A stretch of 64,000 nucleotides of DNA from Akkermansiaceae bacterium. GTDB lineage: Bacteria > Verrucomicrobiota > Verrucomicrobiia > Verrucomicrobiales > Akkermansiaceae. Positions 38,001 through 45,037 of this stretch are shown piece after piece (positions within the stretch are counted from its first letter, which is position 1; each line of letters begins with the position of its first letter). The stretch covers positions 1,977-65,976 of the forward strand of contig JBDNAG010000065.1 in NCBI GenBank assembly GCA_039768565.1, read 5' to 3'. The position numbers and the translations under genes were made by a program. The notes under the pieces are model-generated. The model saw only the letters and a program-made list of their open reading frames with translations. It was not told where the DNA came from and did not search any database.

Positions 38001-38074
38001 CGATCAGCCATGCCGCTTGGACCGCCACAGCACGCATCGTCCTCAACCTCCACGAATTTCTCACCCGAAGTTAA
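35021..38074 (+). CDS. PSCyt1/PSCyt2(DUF1549)/PSD1(DUF1553) multidomain protein with a CxxCH heme motif
   Basis: Signal peptide MPRAFLLIILALPSLTQA, CFFCHG heme-c motif, DUF1549 hallmark GCAECHDHKYDPI, and a DUF1553-type C-terminus. The ATG is at 35021. Confidence 0.85.
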   Translation: MPRAFLLIILALPSLTQAAGTISYNRDIRPILSNNCFFCHGFDEKKREADLRLDTFEGATEFNAIVPGKPEKSELIKRIFTKDADDHMPPVDTVYRLTQKEKEILRLWIKQGAYYEDHWAFQKLTRPKIPGNDTNPIDSFLKRTWNEKGVEPVNKASPRVLLRRLSYDLRGIPPSYEEVTVFQKDPSQKNYLSFVDRWTQSLEHAEHQAIRWLDLVRHADSNGMVSDEPIATGPFRKYVIEAFRKNMGFDQFTREQLAGDLLPDRNDRTLTASAYNRLVKTNCEAGVIEKEALYALKGEHVRALGTVWLGLTTGCAECHDHKYDPILAKDYYSLAAFFDPLIEAGVYEPGDRRVPLHYIHEEAAKSSIENELTTRIDTIRKELYSAPIEPNSLKNWSDEVLKQEVEAKGTKAKVDWIWFPATLPVAHITRGDFTQNETGREIIAGSGEIKQHMCVETLASSDFGNSEEYFTHVTIDPENKPDFVAFQIINGAYRRMGWHDSYFRTFYWGPKDHPTAKKAFPTKLTHMGPLPKSGEVIRLVVPKSKLGKAAYVPQGMAWIQQGGKVTWGGSGYQTTAHRFFTNEMAESTFRYFWELPFNRDDRKDFPTLLLTSLKKSPSSRRAIHQTVIEMAFREYQNPKLTAQLHELYRQIYLHRQGATETLVSKEGPPKKTHVLKRGNFMDESGPVATPAIPEIFGKLESVNPTRLDLANWIVSKNNPLTARVFVNRLWHQYFGRGLSETLEDSGNQGDWPSHVELLDWMAAEFQEDWDIRKMTRRLVSSKAYQLSSIPGSLLAQNDPTNRLHARQSRHRLSAEQIRDSALLTANLLKLTDEIPSDSFFPYQPKSYWEKSNKVMFGSRYQIWETNAGPEQYQRSLYTFWKRQNHHPALLALDAPTRQECTARRAITNTPAQALALLNDPQFVEAARCLATRVINHEKPIEKLYHLALQRKPSNKESEEIKALHKKLLAEFKANPEAAKSLLSIGQSSSGDHDPISHAAWTATARIVLNLHEFLTRS

Positions 38075-38077
38075 GCC

Positions 38078-39442
38078 ATGACCATTCCACGCCGCGACTT
38101 TTTTGCCCGTTCCTCGACTGCCCTTCTTGGCACAGCTTTTGCCGATCTCCTCGCAAAGGACGGCATGGGTGAAGTCCTTCATCACGCTCCCAAAGCCAAG
38201 CAGGTCATCTACCTTTACATGGCTGGCGGCCCTTCTCAATTCGAGTCCTTCGACGACAAACCGAAGCTTCGCGAACTCAACGGAAAGCCCATCCCCGAGT
38301 CTTTGACCAAGGGAATCAAATTTGCCTTTCTCCAGCACTCGGCACTGAAGTGCTTTGGCACCGATGTAGGATTCACCCGGTGCGGAAAATCAGGCCAAAT
38401 GATTTCCAACCTACTCCCGAATATTCAGAAAATCGCGGATGACATTTGTATCATTCGCACCCAACAAACGGACCAGGTGAACCACGACCCTGCCCACGCC
38501 TTTATGAATACCGGCACAGCCATCGCCGGACGGCCAAGCATGGGATCATGGGTGACATATGGACTTGGCCACCTTGCCAACGACCTCCCTTCATTTGTCG
38601 TGATGCGATCCGGTCCGGAAGGCCAACCTGTTCCACAAACCGCCTGGAACTCCGGATTCCTTCCCGGCAAACATACCGGTGTGGAGTTCTATTCTTCCGG
38701 CACACCCCTGAATTATCTCAAATCACCGGCCGGAGTCAGCAACACCACCCAAAGGGCTTCCCTGGACTCACTCAGAAAGCTCAATCAACTTCACGACACC
38801 AATGTCGCAGATCCCGAAATCGCGACCCGGATTTCGCAGTATGAACTCGCCTTCAAAATGCAATCCAGTGTTCCGAATTTGGCCGACTTCAGCTCTGAAT
38901 CAACTGAAACGCGGAAACTTTACGGCGTAAGTGATAAGCCTGACGGATCCTTCGCTTCGAACTGCCTTATGGCCCGCCGCATGGCCGAGCGCGGAGTTCG
39001 CTTTGTCCAACTCTACCACACCGGGTGGGATCATCACGGCAACGTTGTCGGAGGCATGAAATCTCGCTGCAAGGATATCGACCAAGGCGCAGCCGTGCTC
39101 ATCAGCGATCTCAAAAAACGTGGAATGCTCGATGACACTCTTGTCATCTGGGGCGGAGAATTTGGTCGCACCCCGATGTCACAGGGCAGCGGCAGGGATC
39201 ACCACACCAAGTCCGGTTCCATGTTTATGGCTGGCGGCGGCATCCAGGGCGGGATCACTTATGGCGAAACCGATCCCTTCGGCTTCACTGCTGCCGTCGA
39301 CCCCTTCCATGTTCACGACTTCCACGCAACCGCACTTCATTTACTGGGGGTTGATCACAAGCGACTCACCTATAAATACAAGGGCCGCAACTTCCGCCTT
39401 ACCGACGTCCATGGCGAAGTCGTCAGGAAAATTCTCGCCTAA
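38078..39442 (+). CDS. DUF1501 sulfatase-fold protein with a Tat signal
   Basis: Twin-arginine signal MTIPRRDFFARSSTALLG. GGEFGRTP and GRDHH motifs of DUF1501. Starts 3 nt after the PSCyt gene. Confidence 0.85.
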   Translation: MTIPRRDFFARSSTALLGTAFADLLAKDGMGEVLHHAPKAKQVIYLYMAGGPSQFESFDDKPKLRELNGKPIPESLTKGIKFAFLQHSALKCFGTDVGFTRCGKSGQMISNLLPNIQKIADDICIIRTQQTDQVNHDPAHAFMNTGTAIAGRPSMGSWVTYGLGHLANDLPSFVVMRSGPEGQPVPQTAWNSGFLPGKHTGVEFYSSGTPLNYLKSPAGVSNTTQRASLDSLRKLNQLHDTNVADPEIATRISQYELAFKMQSSVPNLADFSSESTETRKLYGVSDKPDGSFASNCLMARRMAERGVRFVQLYHTGWDHHGNVVGGMKSRCKDIDQGAAVLISDLKKRGMLDDTLVIWGGEFGRTPMSQGSGRDHHTKSGSMFMAGGGIQGGITYGETDPFGFTAAVDPFHVHDFHATALHLLGVDHKRLTYKYKGRNFRLTDVHGEVVRKILA

Positions 39443-40194
39443 TTCAGTCTGAAGCTAAAAGGGATGGCAACCTGGGTGGAAACTGCTTGCCCGGCGCTAT
39501 TTTTTGCAGGGGTAAATCGATACCGAGTTGCGGCTTTCACCGCTGCCGCGTCGAGCGACGAACTTCCGCTGCTTGAAGTCACCCGGGTATTCGAAACCCG
39601 GCCAGATGTTGCCACGGTCACCAGAACGGTCACCTTTCCTTCGGTTCCCGAACGACGGGCCTTACTCGGATAAACAGGAGAACTTCGAGAGAGCACTTTC
39701 GCAGAGCTTGGCTTACTGGTAGCAGGTTTTGGCGAAGGAGTCGTCCTCTTTGCAGGCGTTGACTTGCGCACTACCTTGGTCTGGGGTTTCACCTTTGGCT
39801 TCTTTTCTTCTTCCCAAGGTTCGAAAGTTTCCTCGGACCAGGCTAAATCATCCATTTTCGGGACTTTTGCAATTTCCGGCATCGGGATGGCATCGGGTGA
39901 CTCCACCTGTTGAATATCAAGTGCCATTGATGAGAGTGGAGGCACCGAGACGCTCGGCGAAGGCTCGTGAGCTTCGGTCACCTCTTCCACCTCCTCGGTT
40001 TTCTCAATCTCTTCCGAATTCACCACGACAGGTTCACCCGGCACAACAATTTGGAGAGCTGTTGCGAGCGAGACTGATACGAAGGCCAACAAGCCCAAAA
40101 GACCGCCCACAATGAAGACCGACCCAACCGACGAAAGTAAAAGCTCCCGACGACAGGGCAATTTCATTTCCAGAGGTGGACGTTGTATTTTCAT
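39439..40194 (-). CDS. TonB-family energy transducer
   Basis: N-terminal TM anchor, Pro/Lys/Glu-rich spacer, and the C-terminal TonB_C pattern PVYPSKARRSGTEGKVTVLVTV...RYRFTPA. Confidence 0.75.
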   Translation of the reverse strand: MKIQRPPLEMKLPCRRELLLSSVGSVFIVGGLLGLLAFVSVSLATALQIVVPGEPVVVNSEEIEKTEEVEEVTEAHEPSPSVSVPPLSSMALDIQQVESPDAIPMPEIAKVPKMDDLAWSEETFEPWEEEKKPKVKPQTKVVRKSTPAKRTTPSPKPATSKPSSAKVLSRSSPVYPSKARRSGTEGKVTVLVTVATSGRVSNTRVTSSSGSSSLDAAAVKAATRYRFTPAKNSAGQAVSTQVAIPFSFRLN

Positions 40195-40477
40195 GAATCT
40201 TCGGCTCTCTTCCTATCTTGAAAACCACTAGACTAGGTTTGTAACGTTGATTGATCTCCTCCATTTTCAATGAAAATCAAACTCATATCTTTCAGAAACT
40301 GAAATGCGAAACTCACCGAAGAGTCCGAGCGATAGATTTCACCCCATTGTTTTATTTTGGTTTCTATCTCCAAAACACTCGAAATCAAAGAGAAGCAAAA
40401 GTGGCTAAATAGTTCTCAACCAAGTAAAAGCATGACGACATTGCCTCCGGTTCAGAGCCAGCTTTTTCTATAAAACG

Positions 40478-41356
40478 TCATTTTATTCGATCAATTATTT
40501 CGAGCCCAACCCTCGGAGCATAAATCACCCCCTTCGAGCCCAAGCCATTGACCATCCACCCTTTGCCCTCTTGAAATCGCACTACCGGCTTACTGCGATC
40601 GACAATAGGCCGAATTCCAGCAACGTGATCGATCACTTCATAGTCTCGATCAGTAAAGGTTTGCAAAATAGCTTCCACCTTTCCCCGCCCCTCTCCTGTT
40701 GGCCCGGATTCCAATTGGTCCCAATCATAAGTGGCTCCAACTCGATAAAGCTCTTTGCCAAGGGGAATGACCCACCCAGCTCGATTCAAAATTCGTCTCT
40801 CTTCCCATCCCGGTATCCGAACGGTGAGAACCTCTCCTTTCGCGCTACGATGTTCGACTTCAGGAAAGTCACCCCGAATGAGCCCAGCTGCTCCAGCGCA
40901 CCAAATCTGAGAGCCTCCCAGCGGGGTATTTTGCCACTCTCCCCCGTTCTTTAAAAACTCCTCGCGGGCCACCTGCAAAAACCTTGGACAATCCAACCAT
41001 CCTCCTCCACTCCAAAGAACACCCTCATTAGTAACTTCGACGACCCACGGATGCACAAGCCCACGCTTGCGTTCAAACTTTGCCCGATCTTTCTCATCAA
41101 ACCATAGCCGCATAATCGGCACGGAATGAAACAGACAGTCACCGAGGCTTTGATAAAACGGGAGGGCAATTTTCCAGGACGCAGCAACTTCCCAACTCGG
41201 TTCGAAATTCCGGCCTGCAACCGGATTGACCAGACCCGCCGCCACATGAGAGCTCCCCTCACGCCCGTCGTCGATGACCCGAACCTCAATTCCGGCACGC
41301 TGGAGTTGCAAGGCCACACAAGCTCCCGCAAGCCCAAACCCGATGACCTCCACCAT
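40478..41356 (-). CDS. FAD-dependent oxidoreductase (DAO family, short form)
   Basis: N-terminal dinucleotide fold MVEVIGFGLAGACVALQL...VRVID and a C-terminal GLGSKGV motif. Confidence 0.65.
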   Translation of the reverse strand: MVEVIGFGLAGACVALQLQRAGIEVRVIDDGREGSSHVAAGLVNPVAGRNFEPSWEVAASWKIALPFYQSLGDCLFHSVPIMRLWFDEKDRAKFERKRGLVHPWVVEVTNEGVLWSGGGWLDCPRFLQVAREEFLKNGGEWQNTPLGGSQIWCAGAAGLIRGDFPEVEHRSAKGEVLTVRIPGWEERRILNRAGWVIPLGKELYRVGATYDWDQLESGPTGEGRGKVEAILQTFTDRDYEVIDHVAGIRPIVDRSKPVVRFQEGKGWMVNGLGSKGVIYAPRVGLEIIDRIK

Positions 41357-41362
41357 GCCCGT

Positions 41363-41812
41363 TTAAAGTTGGGTGTTCAGAGCTGCGATTACTCCGCGAG
41401 CTTTTTTCCTAGCCGATTCAAGATCTTCCGCACGCCCCAAACCAACTGCCATGCGACGGATGCCTTCCCGATTCATCGTAAGCTGAGTGGCTCGAGCGGT
41501 CGGAGTAATGGTAACGAGGCCTTCAGCCTCAATCTCCGCCAGCGTGCCGGTGGCAATCGCTTCGACTTCCGGAACAACAAGATCCGGCTTTTCCTCCTCG
41601 ATGATCCGACGAAGCGACTCCCCATCCAACATCGAAAAAACATGGCTTCGGTCTGCCACCTGCATCGCTGGAGCATTCGCATAGGCGTCGCAAGCGATTA
41701 CCTCCACGCCGTAGCGTTGGAGTTCAATCACAACTTCCTTGCCCAGCTCTCCCGAGCCGCAAAGGAGGACTTTTTTTGCCATTTTTGTGAAAGGAGTTCC
41801 AATCGTTGACAT
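41363..41812 (-). pseudogene. purT: purT remnant: N-terminal 115 aa joined in frame to the last 30 aa (ATP-grasp core deleted)
   Basis: [45 protein letters not shown]...[15 protein letters not shown] is collinear with the E. coli PurT N-terminus. It then continues [25 protein letters not shown], which resembles the PurT C-terminus [25 protein letters not shown] (from memory). Total about 150 aa against about 390. Confidence 0.6.
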
Positions 41813-41875
41813 GGCGACAGTCAAAACCACCGGACTTAATCTGAAAAGCGGGAACCGCCATGGAAATCGCAGAAA

Positions 41876-43549
41876 TCACTCTTCCACAGAGTAACACCCC
41901 AGCACCGCACTCACCATGGCCTGACCACTTGTAACCTCGTCGTGGAAAATGTGGTGCACTCCACCCTTCTGGAGCAATTCGACCCCATTGGAAAACTTCG
42001 CTCGCGCAAATGTCACAATTTCAGGGTTAATATTCCGCGCCGCACGAATGCCCTCGAGAGCCAGCTTTGACTCCGGGAAAGTAAACGCCAGAGCCCGTGC
42101 CTCCTTGATCCGGGCAAGCTCCATGGTCTGGGAATTGGTGGCATCAGCAAAAAGCACCTGCACCCCGCGTTTATGAAGATCCCGCACAGTCGCAGCGTTC
42201 ATCTCAATCACGACAACCGGAACTGAAAGCCGGTTCATCTCTTCGTGCAGGGCCTGACCCACCGGACCATAGCCACAAATGACGACGTGATCACGAAGAA
42301 CACCGACTTGCGCGCCGTCCCTGAGTTCAGCGCTCCGTTCGCGGCTCTGAAAAAGAGGCCACTTCTCGAGCTTCCTGGAAAACGGCATTGAACTCCTCAT
42401 CAAAGTTGGCACCAAGGCCATCGAAATCGCAGTGCTTGCCAAAAGAACCTGTCCAATTTCGGCCGAAAGTCCGCCCAGTTCAGCCGCCCGATTCAAGAGC
42501 ACCAGCGAAAACTCCCCGCTACTCGAAAGCGCGGCCCCAGCGATCAGAGCTTGTCGCAAACGAAGGCCCATCCGCTTTGCGATGGCAGCGACAATCGCGC
42601 CCTTGATTAATAGAACCCCCAACACCCCAAGACCGATCACCCAAGCCGAATCCCACACGGCGTTGAGATCGATCAGCAAGCCCACCGAGACAAAGAAAAC
42701 GGTCAAAAACAGGTCCTTAAATGGAAGCACATCAGCCAAAACCTTGTGCGAATAGATCGACTCACTCACCACCAAGCCACCAGCAAATGCCCCCAGTGCA
42801 AGGCTCAAGCCAAACCAATTGGCACCCCAGGCGATGATCGCACAAAGTCCCACCACCGTTACCGTAAAGAGCTCCCGGCTTCGCGAAGTCGCCACGGCAT
42901 GAAGGAGATGCGGGACGACATAAAGGCTTAGGAACCAGCACAAACCTAGAAATAAAACGCCCTTCCCCAGTGCAAAGAAAACCGGGCCCATACCATCAGC
43001 GCCATCGCCAACCAATGACGGTAGGACTACCATAAAGAAGATGACCGCGAGATCTTGAAAAATTGCCACACCCAGCGCCATGCGAGATCCCGGCGAGTCT
43101 GGCTGACCCATGTCCTGAAAAGACTTGATGCTCACTGCGGTCGACGACAAGGCCATCGCAAATCCCACCACCAAAAGCACAGGCCCCGTGAGGCCAAAGC
43201 TCCAGCCCACTGCCATTCCCACCACCGTGGTTAAAAACATCTGCGCTCCGCCGCCACCGATTACTATTTTTTTGAGATGCATCAGCTCGCGAAGTGAAAA
43301 CTCAATACCCAGAGTAAACATCAAAAGAACCACCCCAAGCTCTGAAAGAATAGAGATCGCGTCATCCGCAGAATCCCCAAGCCACCCAGTGGCTCCGGTA
43401 TTAGCAAGGACCACACCACAAATAAAATATCCCACCAGCAAAGACTGCCGCGCCTTAACCAAAAGGAGCGAAACAGCAATCACACTCCCCAGAACCATCC
43501 CCAACAGAGCAACCACCGGGGCGACGTGATCAGCAGCAGCGATTATCAT
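41876..43549 (-). CDS. Kef-type monovalent cation:proton antiporter (CPA2) with a C-terminal RCK/TrkA-N domain
   Basis: About 12 TM helices followed by VVICGYGPVGQAL, a Rossmann RCK domain. Confidence 0.85.
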   Translation of the reverse strand: MIIAAADHVAPVVALLGMVLGSVIAVSLLLVKARQSLLVGYFICGVVLANTGATGWLGDSADDAISILSELGVVLLMFTLGIEFSLRELMHLKKIVIGGGGAQMFLTTVVGMAVGWSFGLTGPVLLVVGFAMALSSTAVSIKSFQDMGQPDSPGSRMALGVAIFQDLAVIFFMVVLPSLVGDGADGMGPVFFALGKGVLFLGLCWFLSLYVVPHLLHAVATSRSRELFTVTVVGLCAIIAWGANWFGLSLALGAFAGGLVVSESIYSHKVLADVLPFKDLFLTVFFVSVGLLIDLNAVWDSAWVIGLGVLGVLLIKGAIVAAIAKRMGLRLRQALIAGAALSSSGEFSLVLLNRAAELGGLSAEIGQVLLASTAISMALVPTLMRSSMPFSRKLEKWPLFQSRERSAELRDGAQVGVLRDHVVICGYGPVGQALHEEMNRLSVPVVVIEMNAATVRDLHKRGVQVLFADATNSQTMELARIKEARALAFTFPESKLALEGIRAARNINPEIVTFARAKFSNGVELLQKGGVHHIFHDEVTSGQAMVSAVLGCYSVEE

Positions 43550-43650
43550 CTGCCCGCCATACTAGGGAGATATGCCTTCTTTCCAAGCGCCAGCGAAAGA
43601 AAACCGAGGGCTTGCCCTCAGCCAAAGAAATTCTATGGTTTTGAAAAGCG

Positions 43651-44325
43651 ATGAAACTTCTTCTCACTCTATCTCTCGGCCTAGCCTCCTTCGCCGGGGC
43701 ATTCACGATTCCAAAAGGAACGCACAATCTCGCTCAACTCGATGAAGTGCAAAAAAAAGCAACCAAGGCAAAGCAGCCCATCGCCTTTGTGATCGCAGAG
43801 AAAAAAATGGCCGCAACATGAGTGGATTGCCCGGGAGCCGTCAGTGTGTCGGCCAGCAAAGCAGTGCTCGGATTTTCAAAAAGCATTATTGTCGATGTCT
43901 CTGAAACCGCAGGTCTTCCTGAACTGATAAAGAATGCCTACCGCACGGGAGGCGCCTCCATTCCCATCGTGATCTTCACAGATCCGGGAGTGACCAAAAT
44001 TTTCGGTAGATACGATCACCCCGCAATGAAGACCCAGAAATATGGAACAGTCTTCAAGCCTGCCCGCGATGGCGTGGCTAAAGCAAAAAAAGAAGGCACA
44101 TTTGCCGACGGCGGAAAACCCGCAGTTATCACCAAAGTCGAAGGCGGTAAATTGGAGAGCTGGAAGAGCTCTGCAGGAACTGAAATCAAAGCCAAACTGG
44201 TCGGCATTGAGGACGATAAGATCTATCTTTTCGTCACTGAAGCCGGAAAATCAATCCGCGCCACCGCTGCCCAGCTCGATAAAACCAGCGTCGCGCGAGC
44301 TCGCAAGCAGGCCGGCTTAAAGTAG
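43651..44325 (+). CDS. Secreted thioredoxin-fold protein with a C-terminal SHD1 domain and an in-frame TGA (codon 57, 43819-43821) at the first position of the CxxC motif: candidate selenoprotein
   Basis: The ATG at 43651 opens 56 sense codons: MKLLLTLSLGLASFAGA (signal peptide) ...KQPIAFVIAEKKMAAT. TGA follows, then VDCPGAVS... in the same frame (the listed ORF 43822-44325). This gives T-U-V-D-C where Trx-fold homologs carry W-C-x-x-C after the beta1 strand. The C-terminus WKSSAGTEIKAKLVGIEDDKIYLF...LDKTSV is SHD1-like. Confidence 0.65.
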
Positions 44326-44381
44326 TCTCTTTGGAGAGCCAATCAACCCGACGGCATCTCTGCGAGATCGCGCGGCCCGGT

Positions 44382-44922
44382 CTATGTAGTCGCAGCCGCC
44401 CCCCCGGCGTTGGAGCCGTCATATGGGCGCAACTCCTGCACCTCCGGGGGAAAGAACTTCGCAAGATGCGATCGCCGCCACTCTTCCAAATATATGAGGG
44501 CATCGGGGTGTATCCCGCTAAGAATCGCCACCCGCTTCTTGATCTCAACAACACGAAAAGATTGATCAAGTCGTCGTAGCAGAAACAAGCCCAGAAGTGC
44601 CACAATTCCCCCAAAGGTTAAGCGTGCCTCTGGATCAAAAGGAGTGAGAACAATGAATGCGAGCGCACCCCCAATCATCCCCCATCCGGCCATGCCGAAA
44701 AGCTTCTGTTTTTTGAATGCCTTCCCGGCAAGACCATAGCTGATAGAAACTGATTTCCAAAGCCGGCGCAGTATCATTCCCGCAATCACGACAAGAAAGG
44801 GCAGAGCCAACCCTGAAACTACAAGGAACGGGACGACCTCGTTTCACCCCTTCCTGGGAATCAGACTCTGGAGGAGCGTAAGGATTCTCACTTGTCCGGC
44901 CTTCCTTCTCCACCCCGGTCAT
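44382..44922 (-). pseudogene. Small membrane protein apparently split by a 1-nt frameshift
   Basis: MTGVEKEGRTSENPYAPPESDSQEGVKRGRPVP (ATG at 44922) runs in one frame. The TM body FLVVSGLALPFLVVIAGMILRRLW... (ORF 44382-44810) is open in the adjacent frame from 44843. The junction lies within about 44820-44843. This may be a sequencing error. Confidence 0.45.
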
Positions 44923-45037
44923 TCTCGGTCCATTGATCTTAATTCGCAAGGCCAACAAAATTGTCTCTACTAATCCTAAATCACAAAAAAGCACGGAAGG
45001 CCTTCCTCCCGTGCTTTGAAGATCAAGGTTACAACAA

